Source: the human T2T-CHM13v2.0 reference genome, Homo sapiens. From it: a DNA stretch of 64,000 nt. Numbering within the stretch: position 1 is the stretch's first letter; the number at the start of each line of letters is the position of its first letter. Below the pieces are notes generated by a model that was given only the letters and a program-made list of their open reading frames with translations, was not told the DNA's origin and ran no database searches. Both the position numbers and the translations under genes were made by a program. Shown one piece after another: positions 31,456-46,700 of this stretch. The stretch lies in assembly GCF_009914755.1 (NCBI RefSeq), contig NC_060933.1. One strand, given 5' to 3'.

Positions 31456-32669
31456 AAATTTTAGAATTTAGGATTTCATAATATAGAATAATACGAAATA
31501 AAAAGTTATCTGTGAACACTATAAGAAAACTATAAAAAACATTAAAATAGTGTTCACTATTTGACATTCAAACCTTTGGTGCAAGGCCTTTAATTTTTTA
31601 AATAGACTAGTGGGAGACATTCCAAATGCAGAGTGGGAAAAATACATACTGCAAAATGACAAGCTAATTTACAAATATATTCTCAATCAAAATCTCCTCA
31701 GGATTGATTTACTTAAATCTCAACAAAAATCATTTTAAAGCTCATTTGGGGAAAAACATAAATAAGGGTATCAAGAAATACTCTACAAAGATCGAAGGGT
31801 GGTACCACTAACTAAAATGAAATATCAGATCAGTGGAACAGACCAGAACCCAGAAAATGAATGAATTTCATGAAAATTTAACAGAGTAGATTCTATACAC
31901 TCATGAGTCACACATCCAAAAACCTTTAAATTTTTCCAAATTTACAAATATCACGAAGACACTTATACCAATACACAGCAAAATGAACAAGGATAACTTA
32001 GTGAGTTTTCCATAAAGCCTAAAATATTCCATTTAAAAGCTGGTTATACTGTCTTTACTTACATGAAATTATATGTTAGTACATGGTAAATATTTTGTTT
32101 TGAAGTCCATCGCAAACTAAAACATTCTCAATTTTTTATGAACAGTCTTGCCTCTTTTGTTCTTGTTTATCTATGTTTAAAAATCACATTATTTTTGGAT
32201 AACAGTAAATTAACACTATAGTGTCACTGTCCTCTATAAAGCAAAGAAAACTTTGGTTGAAAAGGTAATCATTTGAAAACCTCTATCATTATATAAAAAC
32301 AGAGCTAAAATAGATTACAAAGCTTTTCTTTTTCTCAATAAAAATCATCTGTCTAGATGTCTTTCTTGCTCAACATCCACAACCAGTTTTCCAACTGGTG
32401 CAGTTTGCCACAAAGAAACAAATTTTTTAAACACTTAGTGAGACATATTCATCTATCCCAAAGTAAGTACTAGAGAACAAAAGAGCCATAGAGTTGGAAA
32501 TGCTAGGCTGTTAGCTAGGCTCATGTACTTGCTAAATTACCTAGTCCTGCACACCGGCCACACCTGAGCAAAACTGCGTATTGCTACATTACATAAACAT
32601 TTGTCATTTATCACACAAATAATACAGACTGCCAATGTTAAATCTAAAAATGTTACATCTAACATTCTA

Positions 32670-33066
<397 letters not shown>

Positions 33067-33119
33067 TTACTCAAATAAGCTCTAAACAGATTTTCTTTAA
33101 GTATTGAAAAAATAAATCA

Positions 33120-33447
<328 letters not shown>

Positions 33448-33911
33448 TCAGAAGAACCATGCAGAAAGAGAAAATTCTCATTGCAATCTGAGATCTAAAA
33501 AGCAAGTAATAAGAGAAACCAGAAAATACTCATCAATTAAATTATATAAAAACACAAAATTTATACACCAGAAAATCTAAGCTGAATTTAAAAAGAATAA
33601 ACTAAGGAAGACATCTTCATCCACTCTGAAAAATAATAAAGCATTTCTTTTAGTTGTAAGAATATCAAGACTATAAGAAATGAGCGGAATGAGAGGTAAA
33701 TAATTCACATGGTAAGATATAAAAGAATCAGTGTGGTTTTTTCACATTTCACCACATAACTAAAATGACAGGGAAAATCCCAAGTTAACATTTGTTCCCA
33801 CAATCTAGATCTAAAATATCAGAATTTCTTCTCTAAGGAGTCAGCTGATTAAGTTATAATCCTTGGCACAAATATTTTTAAAAGCAAGTAACATTTAAAG
33901 AAACATCACCA

Positions 33912-34240
33912 GGCTGGGCACGGTGCCTCACGCCTATAATCCCAGCACTTTGGAAGGCTAAGGCAGCAGCAGGGTTCCTTGAGCCAAGGCGTTCCAGACC
34001 AGCCTGGGCAACAAAGCAAAACCCTGTCTCTACAAAAAATTTAAAAATTTGCCAGATGTGGTGGCATGCGCCTATAAGGCCAAGCTACTTGGGAGGCTTG
34101 AGGCAGGAAGATCCTTTGAGCCCAAGGAGTTGGAGTTTGCAGTGAGCTATGATCATGTCACTGCACTCCAGCCTGGAGGACAGAGCAAGATCCTGTCTCA
34201 AAAAAAAAAAAACAAAAACAAAAACAAAAAATCAAAAAAA
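33912..34240 (+). mobile_element. AluJ
   Basis: Diverged dimer; TSD-like atcacca. Confidence 0.92.
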
Positions 34241-34340
34241 TCACCACCAACAGACCGGCTAAACAACATATTCCAAATAATCATACTGGTGATTAATATT
34301 TTCTGCTTTTTCTCTCACTGGTAATGTGTTTTTAAAATCT

Positions 34341-34635
34341 TGGCCAGGCACGGTGGCTGATGCTTGTAATCCCAGCACTTTGGGAGGCTGAGGTGGGTGG
34401 ATCACCTGAGGTCAGTTTGAGACCAACCTGGCCAACATGGCGAAACCCCGTCTCTACTAAAAATAAAAAAAATTAGCTGGGTATGGTGGCGGGCACCTAT
34501 AATCCCAGCTACTCGGGAGGCTAAGGCAGGGAGAATTGCTTGAACCTGGGAGACGGAGGTTGCAGTGAGCCGAGATTGCGCCATTGCATTCCAGCCCGGG
34601 CAACAGGGTGAGACTCCGTCTTTAAAAAAAAAAAA
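34341..34635 (+). mobile_element. AluS
   Basis: Full dimer with A tail. Confidence 0.94.
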
Positions 34636-35317
34636 GAAACCTTTTCTCGCTTATACTTAGGAGAAAAAAAATTCATATAACACCCTCCAGAACTCATAAT
34701 ACTAAGGGAAAAAAAATCAGCACATTTTACCAATTAAAAGCCTAGGCACCAGAGACTATGAGCTCATCTAACATCACAAATTCAATTTAAGTCTGAACTC
34801 TTCCCAAAAAGCAAGGTTTCTTTGATTCTCAATTCAGTGCCCCTACTATACTCAGCACTTGACCCTATTATTTTAAAAGTATGAAAAAGAGGTGGCTTTT
34901 TCAGTTAAACATTCACACATATTATAAACTTCTACATCATTCATATCACTAATTAAAGGACTGGTTCAGAATTTTTAATTTCCACAAGAAAAAAAACTGA
35001 ACTTAAAGTTAAAAACCTAGCTATTTGTATCAGTTTGCTAATGCCAGTTTTATTAGAAAATATTATTTATGAGCATTTCCTCCTTTGTTTTAATAATTCA
35101 TGGCCTACAGGCTCATGAGGCCCTACCTTGTGGTTTACATAGCTTGTAGTAAATCTGAATTCATTCGCTTTGAATAGTAGAGTGCCATCTTTATATGACA
35201 CACTAAAGCCAAAAATTAACACCACTGTTTTTCATTTGCCCTCACTGTTAACATTTCTAATTTTAAATTACTGGAGTCTTTTGTAACTAAATTATGAAAA
35301 TATCCACAATAACCTAC

Positions 35318-35320
35318 CAT
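35318..35320 (-). CDS. STRBP: STRBP coding exon 1 (ATG only)
   Basis: ATG directly before donor GTAGGT, A at -3; joins AGA TCT ATT CGA (R-S-I-R) of the next exon. Confidence 0.92.
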
Positions 35321-35415
35321 GGTTTTCTATAGTATTTTAGCTTCTTTTTCCGATCCTTTCCCCTCTTTCTTGTCGTCTTCACTAGACACTGTTTTGTGTA
35401 ACAATACCTCCTCAT
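35318..35415 (-). promoter_or_regulatory. Upstream ORF (32 codons) overlapping the STRBP start codon
   Basis: Only upstream ATG in the exon (35415-35413); open to CCA TG|A across the junction with exon 30422; translation not demonstrated. Confidence 0.7.
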
Positions 35416-36463
35416 AAGCCTGAGTCCCCTGACAGCTCAGCGTCAATATAGCAAATGTCTGAAGGCTTGTTCTCTGGAACACACCTGCAAGAGAAGAGGA
35501 AAACAACTTCAAAAATGCTTATTTACTATTAGCTTCCAATATGAGTGTGCAACCCATAAACATGTTCCTGATTAAAAAGAAATAAACTCAATAGAGGAAA
35601 ATTCCCTCAGTTCAAACAAAAAGCTAACACATCTTTTGAAGGCCTGGGCCCAGGAGCCTAGGTGATATGGCCAGAAAAGTAAGCCTCCTGTAGCTACAAT
35701 GTGGCAGCTGGCTGACTAGCACTCAATGAGATAAATACATTTGCAAAGAGATTCAGTCAAGAAGCACCACCTGAAAGAGTAATACTACCACTGATGGCAA
35801 CAAGTTGCAGTTAACCATTAGATTTTCAATCAGAAATTGGCATTACTCAGACCCATCTGAAAATTCAGTAAAGACACCTGAAAATACAACAATACCAATG
35901 ATTATTCCATGATGCTTTTACATTGGATACTGCCATTAAAGAGTACATGTTGGCACAATGTTTGTTCTTTAATTTTTTTCAGCCTAAAATTCAGAATGCT
36001 TTTTTGGCTCTACTTCCTAACTCCCAAAAGGCCCTATTTGTCCCTGGGCCTGTATGCACTGCTATGCCAGACTCCTGAATATTCACTAGATCCTGACTTC
36101 ATTACCCCTGGATGTCCCTCACCAGATTTCCACAGTATTATTTCTATCCAGAGTCCTAATCATTGTTACTTATTTTGTTCCACCTTTATGAGATTTTATT
36201 CCAGACATAGTAAAAGTAAACTTTTCTGAGCACTGATGAAACACTTATATTATAAACCTAGCTACAAGAAAAGGAGAAAAAAATTAAAAAAAAAAACCAG
36301 AACATCAAAATACAGCACATGCTTTAACTATGTGGCTATAAGAGGACATAATTTACATACCATATATCGTATAAACTCACAAAGAAAATAACTTTCTCTT
36401 CATTTAAATATCTTTCCTTTAATAAGGAAACACCCTATTGTCAGTAACAGTTTCTTAATATTA

Positions 36464-36601
<138 letters not shown>

Positions 36602-36996
36602 CTATTTAACAGAAGAGATTCTAATAAATGGGACTTACTTTATTATTACTCATATCGCATTAAGGAAGGAATGCATAAGTGCTGCAATTCATGGGATCCT
36701 TTTGGACAACCAAAAAACAGGGATCAAAATATGATCCCACAGTAAGAGATATCTCAAAAATGCTCCATCTAAGTAACATAATACTAAATACAATACTAAA
36801 ATTTTACCTTTCCTATAAATACCTTACTATATAACCAAAGTCTTCAGCATCTCCCATTCCCAACCCTACTCCATTCTAAGGGATTCGGCTAGTCACTATT
36901 TAGCTGTGAATCCAGCAGCCAAAAACGATTGCTATGTGTTCAGTCAACAAGTGAAACAAAGTACACAAGCTTTCTTTATATTAGTGAAGCCAGTTC

Positions 36997-37540
<544 letters not shown>

Positions 37541-38830
37541 AATTGAATAGATTGAAGGCAGAAAAGGAAGAACAATGCTATGAAATAGCTTCAGATGTAG
37601 TGGAAAAATCATGGATCACCAATATGAAAAGTACAGCACTCCACAGTCATTTAGCATGGGGGGTAACTACCCTACCATCAAGAACCTCTGGGAACTTCAG
37701 AGTATGATAGCATAGTGCAATAACTCATGAAAAAAAAACTGTATCTCTATTCACTGTATATTCACTGTATGTTCTATTGGTGCTATAAAACAAACTTAAA
37801 AATCATCTGACCAACTCTACCCTCATTTTAAAAATGAAACAGAATCAGCAAACAAGGGACAAGACATGGTCTGAAACCTAAATTACAGACCAATGCTTTT
37901 TCCCCAATATTTATCAATCTGATTGAGAAAAAAGCCAAATTTATAATATGTCTGATTTACTCTAAACTGAAATGGAGAAACTACAATAGCTTTTAAGAGT
38001 TTTTCTTTTTTTTAAAAAAAAAAAAAAAAGGTCAACCTAGTGGATAAAATTCTGGTCTTAAAATTTTTTTAAAAACTAACTTTGCTAGTTAATAGCTATA
38101 TGACCTTAGAAGTTATGTGACTCAAAGAGTCACTTAATTTCCTTGGGTCTCTGTTTCCTTTCTTAATAAAATGAGAAATAATTCCACTACTAATTAGTAG
38201 ATAACATGTATGTAGCTCAGACTTTGTACTCACTGTTCCTAAGACTTTTCATATATTAACTCAAGCCTCCCAACAATCTCAATTACTGTCTCCAATTAAC
38301 ACATAAGGAAACTAAAGCATAAACAGATAACACAACCTAAGTAAGACCATAAAGTAAACAGTAGAGCCAAGATTCATATCTAGACAATCCTCTTTAATAC
38401 TGTTTTGGCTCTAAAGGACTTACATTTCCTATAGAGGACAAACTTCAGCTATTTAAAAAAAAAAAAAAAAGTCTATGTGACCATAGAACACACAGGCTTT
38501 GGAGTCAAGTACCAGCTTTGTCACTTCCCTTATCTGAGCCAGAGTTTTCTCACCCATGAAATGGGCTGACTAGTATCTACTCCAAACTAAATGGACAGGT
38601 TATATAAAAATACCTAATAATATCTTACAAATAGTATACACCCAATAAATGGTTTCGGGAAAAAAACACACCTCAAATTTCCTAATGTCAAATAGAAACA
38701 TTTTGTTTATACATCAGATGTATGTAAATTTCTCTGAAAAACTAAGCCTAGAAAAATATTAACTATGCACTCCTTAGAACAGCTTACGCAGAAGGTGGCA
38801 TTATATATAAAGGAATGTGTGTCACTTTTT

Positions 38831-39520
38831 AATTGAGCACTTTTTTCAATTAATGGACATTATTTTCTAGAGCAGCTTTAGGTTTATAGAAAAGTTGAGT
38901 GGAAAGTGGAAAGAACTCCCATATACCTCTTCTCCCCACCACCCACCACCCACCACCCACCACCCACCACACATAGTTTCTCCTATTCTTGACATATTAC
39001 CTTAGTGTGGTACATTTGTTACCACTGATAAACCAATGTTGATACATTATTATTAACTAAAGTTCATAGTTTACATTAGGGTTCACTCTTTGCATTGTAC
39101 ATTCTATGGATTTTTACAAATGACATGCATTCACCATTACAGTATCATACAAAATAGTTTTAGTTTAACACCCCTGAAAATCCCCTATGCTCCACCTATT
39201 TGACCTTCCCACCTTCCCCACCCCCAAGCCCTTAGTAACCACTAAGTTTTTTCAGTCTATAATTTTGCCTTTTCAAGAATGTCATATAGTTGGAATAATA
39301 TATCATATGTAGCCTTTTGAGACTAGCTTCTTTCACTTAGCAATATGCATTTAAGGTTTCTCCATCTTTTCATGGATTGATAGCTCATTTCTTTTTATTG
39401 CTGAATAATATTCTGTTGTATGGATATACCACAATTTATCCATTCAACTACTGAAGGACATCTTGATTGATTCCAAATTTTGGCAATTATGAATAAATTC
39501 CCAAAAACTTATTTTCAAAG
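38831..39520 (-). mobile_element. L1MC-type 3'UTR fragment containing a (CCCACCA)n repeat
   Basis: ttttctagagcagctttaggtttatag...gtggtacatttgttacc...ttttggcaattatgaataa. Confidence 0.8.
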
Positions 39521-39544
39521 TTTTTGGGTAAATCTCAAGACTAG

Positions 39545-39867
<323 letters not shown>

Positions 39868-40218
39868 CTATCTATATTCAAACTATGAAACTTAAATATT
39901 TAGGGATTTTTTTTCCTGAAATGCAATAGAGAGAATATAAAAATACTTTCTTTAAAAATCCCAAGTAATGTTTTGCAAACAGTTTGTTATGGAATCCAGT
40001 AAATTTACTCTCAAAACAGTAACTGACTAGGAAACCTTCAATTTTGTTAATACTAATATAAGCCACCTAAAACAAGCTATGTAAAAATAAACAGGCTTTA
40101 TTTCATTATGAAAGAACCACCGCACATCTACAATATTAAATATGGGCAAGAAAAAATTAGAAAAAGACACCTCACTGCCTCTCCCAGAAGATCACATTAA
40201 GATAAACTATGTGAGATT

Positions 40219-41066
40219 CAATAGCAAAGACTTGGAACCAACCTGAATGTCCAACAATGATAGACTGGATTAAGAAAATGTGGCACATATACACCATGGA
40301 ATACTATGCAGCCATAAAAAATGATGAGCTCATGTCCTTTGCAGGGACATGGATGAAGCTGGAAACCATCATTCTCAGCAAACTATCGCAAGGACAGAAA
40401 ACCAAACACCGCATGTTCTCACTCATAGGTGGGAATTGAACAATGAGAACACATGGACACAGGAAGGGGAACATCACATACCAGGGCCTGTTGTGGGGTG
40501 GGGGGAGGGTGGGGAGGGATAACATTAGGAGATATACCTAATGTTAAATGACAAGTTAATGGGTGCAGCACACCAACATGGCACATGTATACATATGTAA
40601 CTAACCTGCACGTTGTGCACATGTACCCTAAAACTTGAAGTATAATAATAATAAAAAAAAAAGAAAATGTGGCACGTATACACCATGGAATACTATGCAG
40701 CCATAAAAAAGGATAAGTTCATGTCCTTTGTAGGAATATGGATGAAGCTGGAAACCATCATTCTCAGTAAACTATCACAAGGACAGAAAACCAAACACTG
40801 CATGTCCTCACTCATAGGTGGGAATTGAACAATGAGAACTCTTGGACATAGGGCAGGGAACATCACACACCCAGGGCCTGTCGTGGGGTGGGGGGCTGGG
40901 GGAGGGATAGCATTAGGAGAAATACCTAATGTAAATGATGAGTTGATGGGTGCAGCAAACCAACATGACACATGTATACCTATGTATCAAACCTGCACGT
41001 TGTGCACATGTACCAGAGAACTTAAAGTATAATAAAAATAAATAAAAATTTAAAAAAAGAAAAAAA
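40219..41066 (+). mobile_element. Two tandem L1PA 3' ends inside one 20-bp TSD
   Basis: ORF2 C-terminus MIDWIKKMWHIYTMEYY... and 3'UTR/polyA twice; aagataaa(c/t)tatgtgagatt at 40199-40218 and 41065-41084. Confidence 0.93.
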
Positions 41067-41170
41067 GATAAATTATGTGAGATTTACAAGTAAATATATA
41101 TTTATTAATTGCCTATTAATTTGTATGTATATGCTTGGTAGCATGGAGAATACAAAGATGAATCAACTCA

Positions 41171-41566
<396 letters not shown>

Positions 41567-42129
41567 CTACATGGTGGCATTATTTCTATGCAATAGTAAT
41601 GTGAAAAGAACACTGAATTTCAATATTTTCTTCTGGAAGCTTCTTTTTCATGTAAAAAAAAAAAGGCACGTGCAAGAAGGTTAAACCTATCAATTACTTA
41701 TCAATAGCTAATATAAAATCCTCACCTAGTTCCAAATTCCGGCTATTCCTCCTTACCCAAAAACACCTATAACGATGGAAAAGCTCTATTCTACCATATC
41801 ACTTGAAGGCTTGCAATAATGGGCAGAGGCCGAAAGGTCTTTTCTCAATTAACGGTATGTACAAAGAAGATGCGACGGCTATAATCTGAACCTAAAATAT
41901 ACTGAATGAGCCAGCTAAGTCGAACCAGAATGAGATTCCTGAATATTTACTGTCAGTGAGCAAAATGGAAAAGCTCTTATTGAATAACCAATCAAAAGAG
42001 TGGATAACAGAAAAACACATCCCTTTGCTAAAAGAGGCAGTTATTAGCCCTTCCCAATCACTGGTGCCTTATGTGACAAAACAACATTCAGCCAGACAGA
42101 TGACTCACTTGTTGAAAGAACCAAAAATT

Positions 42130-43600
42130 CAATGCATTTCAACAAGTATTTACCGAACACCTGTAATATCCCAGGCACTGTCCTAGGCACTTTGGCTACC
42201 AACAGTGAACAAAACAGACAAAAATCCTTGCCCTTGTGGTTTAAGTCCAGAAGAGGGAAATAATCAAAAGACAATAAATATAAAAATAAGAAAATTTAGC
42301 AGTACGTTAGAAGGTGTGAAATGCTTGGAAAAGAGAGGAAGCAAGTTGAGGAGGCAACAGAGTAAGCACACACAGATAATACATGGAGAGGGAGTGCCAT
42401 TTTAACAGATAGTCAAGGGTTCACTGCAAAGGTGGCACCTAAGCAAAGACTTGATGGGGTTAACAGCCATGCAGATGTCTATGAATTGAGCACTTCTGGC
42501 AGGGGAGTTAAAGCAGTGGTCCTAAGGAAGGGCGTGCCTGCGTTCAGTGGAAGAATAATAATGAGTCCAAAGTGGCTGCAGTGAGGTGGGGGAGAGAGGA
42601 GGGCCGAGAGGACAGAAAGGTGGGGGTGAGGGGATCAGACCATATATGGCAGAGGCTGGCAAACTTTTTCTTTAAAGTGCCAGATAGTAAATACATCAGG
42701 CTTTTCATGCCATAAGGTCTCTACTACTCAACTCTGCCTTTGTGGTGCAAATGTAGCCATACATGATATGCAAACAAATGGGTGTGGCTCTGTTCCAATA
42801 AAACTTAATTACGGACACTGAAATTTGAATTACATGTAATTTTCACATCAAAAAATATCAATTTTTGATATTTTTTAACCACTTAAAAGTATAAAAACCA
42901 TTCTTAGCTCACTGGTCATATAAAAACAGGCAATGGGCCAAATTTGGTCATGGGTCAGTTTGTCAAGTCCTAATTTAGGGCCCTTCTGGTCACTTTGAAG
43001 ACTGTAGCTTTTACTCTGAGATGGGGAGCCCTTAGAAGGTTTTCAGCACAGAATGACAACATCTAAGTCATATCTTTAAAAGATCACTATGGTTACTTGT
43101 TGAAAACACTGTATAAGAGTGGAAGGAAGGAGGCCACTTAAGGAGGTTTAGTGATCATATTCTGGATATATTTTGAAGGTAAAAGCCACAGCATTTCGAA
43201 TAGATTGGATGTGGGGTGTGAAGGAACTGGAGGCATCAGGATTGACTTTAAGGTTATTGGCCTGAGCAACTCAGTTAAGGAAGGTGCCAGGGAGAGGAGG
43301 TTTTGGGAATAAGATCAGAAATTCAGCTTTGGACATGCTGACATTGAATTTGAGTTATTTATTAGACATCTAAGAAGGCAGCTGGATATGGACCTAGTGT
43401 TCAGCAGAGAGGTCTGGATTAGGATATAAATTTGGGAGTTTTCAGTAGTTTGGTATGTGAAGCCACAAAATGGCCAAGGGAGTGGGTGTACCAATGAATA
43501 CAAAAAAAGCAAAAGGAGAAGAACAACTATACTCAAAGAAGGAATAACCTGAGAGATGGCAGGAAAATGAGACTGTGCTATTTGGAAAGTCAACAAAAGA
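42130..43600 (-). mobile_element. L2 interrupted by MER58B
   Basis: tcaacaagtatttaccgaacacctg...ccaggcactgtcctaggc terminus; attctggatatattttgaaggt and ttcagctttggacatg body. Confidence 0.75.
42650..42971 (+). mobile_element. MER58B-like hAT-Charlie MITE
   Basis: cagaggctggcaaactttttct...gttccaataaaactt...agtttgtcaagtcct, with inverted termini. Confidence 0.8.
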
Positions 43601-43646
43601 AAAATTACAAAGGAGGCAAGATGTCTAAATTAAACTCAAACAAAGG

Positions 43647-43785
43647 GCTGGGTGCAGTGACACAGGCCTATAGTCCGTCGGGAGGCTGAAGTAGGAGGAT
43701 CATTTGAGCTCAGGGGAGGGTCATTTGAGCTCAGAAGTTCATGCCTAGCCTAGCCAACATACAGAGACCCCCATCTCAATTTTTA
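43647..43785 (+). mobile_element. Degenerate Alu monomer with internal duplication
   Basis: ggctgggtgcagtg...; tcatttgagctcag occurs twice. Confidence 0.75.
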
Positions 43786-46700
43786 AAAAGGGAAAGGGGG
43801 ATAGTGCATAGGAACAGGAATCTTGTTTTAATCCTTGTTTTACTACTACAGATATCTAATAATTCAAGGATACTTACATATTTGGAAGTCTTGTATACCA
43901 CTGTGTAAAGTTGTTTTACTATGTTTTACCATTTACGGGGATTTATCCTCTCCTATACTATTCCCATTTCAGCCCATCATTGAGGAAAATTTTACCTTGA
44001 GAACATCAGACTCCTCTTCAAAACCTTCAATAACCACTAATTACCTAAGCAACTGGCACTAAACTCAAATATTCAGTGGCATCCAAGGTCCTATCGTCAT
44101 TCTTGTCATTTCTCTCACCACCACAGCTCCAGTCAACACGGGAATAATGACTCTATGCCAGAACACCTTGCAATGTGCTACCGCTAAGCTTGAGTTAAAC
44201 GATTCCCTTACCTGGACTGCAGCCACTACGCCATCATGATTTGTCATTGTTCTATTCATCAAATGCCCATCTCAAATCTACCCCTCCATGAAGCCTTACC
44301 TAATACTTCAGTTTATATAATTTCTTCCTCCTTTGAGCCATCCAGCACTTTTTCAGCTTCCTTTATATTTCTATTACTCAGTTTTAATGATATGATTTAC
44401 TATTATCTCCACAGCACCTAGTACATCGCCCTGCACTCAGCAGAGGCTCAATAGAATTTGAATTCAACCCTAAATTTATCCTTCCTTAGAGTGCCATAAC
44501 CACAGAATCTAAGGAGGTTCCATCCAAAAGGTCACCATCTCTTCCCATTATTTCCATGGCAGTCATCACCACAGTGACTAACAGGGAATTTCTGACTCGT
44601 CCTCCATAAGCACAAATTCCATTACTTATTTGACTTCTCCATCTTGGATTAATCCCCCAAACCCTATCCCATTCCTTCAGGACTTTAGTGCTGTACTTAG
44701 CTCAGTGACACACTCAACTTTACTTCTGGCATAAATATTAGAATTTTAATAACCGCAGAGATGACCCTTCTAAAATTCAGGCTTCTCCAGTCCTTGTATT
44801 CCTTTCCTCCAATGTTCTCATCTTCTTTCCTATTTTAGACAAACACGCCCCACCGGGACCTACAATCGCTAATGCTACCACTTTTCACAGTCCCTCATCC
44901 TTTTCATGCCCTCATTTCTGTCCTTATCCAACCGAAATTACGTGATCCATCATTTATCATTCATACCAGCAACTGCTTCTCTTTCCTTCTCCTAGCAAAA
45001 CTCTAACCCTGTTAAATCCAAGCCTCTTGGCCACACCACATCATTAACCATGTACCATTAAATATAACTAAGAAAAAAAAGTATCACATAATCATGCTAA
45101 TTAGTCTTTTTCATGACCATTAGCCTCAAAAGGCCCAATAATCAATAGTTCTAAAGGGATGTGAAAATGTGAAGTCAAGTTTTTTTAGTTGTAAGAATGA
45201 CTAGGTAGGTAATCCTGGCATTTGGGACCCTGGAATGCAAAATATCCTGCCGTGTCCAAGATCTGTCCCACCTAAAATGCAAGTAGGAGCCTCAATGAAA
45301 AAGTTAAATGTTCATTCACTTCCTCACTCTCCTAATGATTTTCTCACACTTCTCTTGTCTCTTCAAACATCTATACTCTTACCTCTTCATATTCAACAGG
45401 TCACCCTGCTTCCTACTTCATGCAAATTGCCAACCTTGCTGCATCATTAACCATATATTCTTCCTTCCTGTTATTATAAATGAACTGTCCCCATTCCTAT
45501 CTAATGCAAATTCCTGAACTCAAACTCTACTGGATCCCACCTCCTTTTGCCTACTTGGGATGTCACTCAGTAATCATCCCCTCTTCTCTCTTTCCTCTCC
45601 TGTATCATCCATTTTACCCATTCTACTGAGTCATTTCTATCAGCATTCCCACATGTTGTAATAGCACCCATCAATAAAAATAAAAAGGGAAAAAACATTA
45701 AAAACCATCCTTGACCTCTTGCTTTGCTACAGCTACTAGCCCAATTCTCTGCTCTCATTCTAGAGCATAACTGAGTTTACACTTTGGGTTTTTATTTCCT
45801 CTCCTTCCATTCTCTCTTAAAACCATCCCAATCAGCCTCTCATCCCAATGCTCCATCAAAACAGCTCTTGTCAAGGTCCCCTAGGATTTCCATGGTATTT
45901 AATGCTGTGAATAATTCTCAGTCCTCCTCTTAGTTGACTTCTCAGCAACAGTTGACACAGTTGACTGTTCCCTACACTTTACTCCCCTTGGCTTCCATCT
46001 AAGACACCACTCTCTTAGTTCTCCTCCTACTTTATAAATTACTCCCTTGTATCCTTTTCTTCTTTATCTCCACAACCTCTAAACGCTGAAGTGCCTCAAG
46101 ACTCAGCCCTCAGACTTCATCTCTTCTCTATCTTACCTTCAACATTCCCTTGGCAATGTTATCTAGGTTTGAGACTTTAAATACCATCTATATACTGAGG
46201 ATCTCCCAAATTCATATGGACCTGAGTTCCAAATTCACATTCAAATAAATAATCAACACATCCACTTGGATGTTTAATAAGCATCTTAAACCTAATGCAT
46301 CAAAAACAAAAAACAAAACAAAACAAAACAAAAAACCACACAAGTTTGCTCCTCCTGGTCTTCCCTCCCTCAAGAGAAGGCAACTACTTCATCCCTTTAA
46401 TTGTTCATGCCAAAAACTTGAAAGTCATCCCTGACTCCTTTCTTCCTCCCACATCTCACATCTGATCCATCATTAAATCCTGTTACCTATACCTTACAAC
46501 ACTATCTAAAATCTGACTATTGGGAAGTCCTAGCTAAAATAATCAGACAAGAGAATGAAATAAGGAGCATTCAAATTGGAAAGAAGCCAAATTATCCTTA
46601 TTTGCAGATAATATGATCTCATATTTGCAAAAACCTGAAAACTGCACCAAAAAAACTATTAGAACTGACAAACAAATTCAGTAAAGTTGCAGGATACAAA

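Larger units (their letters stand above)
35318..35484 (-). other. STRBP: STRBP 167-nt exon: 5'UTR ending in the initiator ATG
   Basis: Acceptor ttttcctcttctcttgcag|GTGT at 35484; exon ends AAAACCATG|gtaggt at 35318; in-frame TAG 6 nt before the ATG. Confidence 0.92.

Noticed and set aside
41825-41842. gaggccGAAAggtctt hairpin resembling hammerhead stem II
   Set aside because: No CUGANGA upstream and no GAAA after the stem; the other ctgatga sites I inspected (e.g. ~18922, ~59580 minus) also lack a hammerhead core
44065-44262. Small minus-strand ORF with donor CAG|GTAAGG at 44211
   Set aside because: Context resembles an L2 remnant and I found no convincing upstream acceptor
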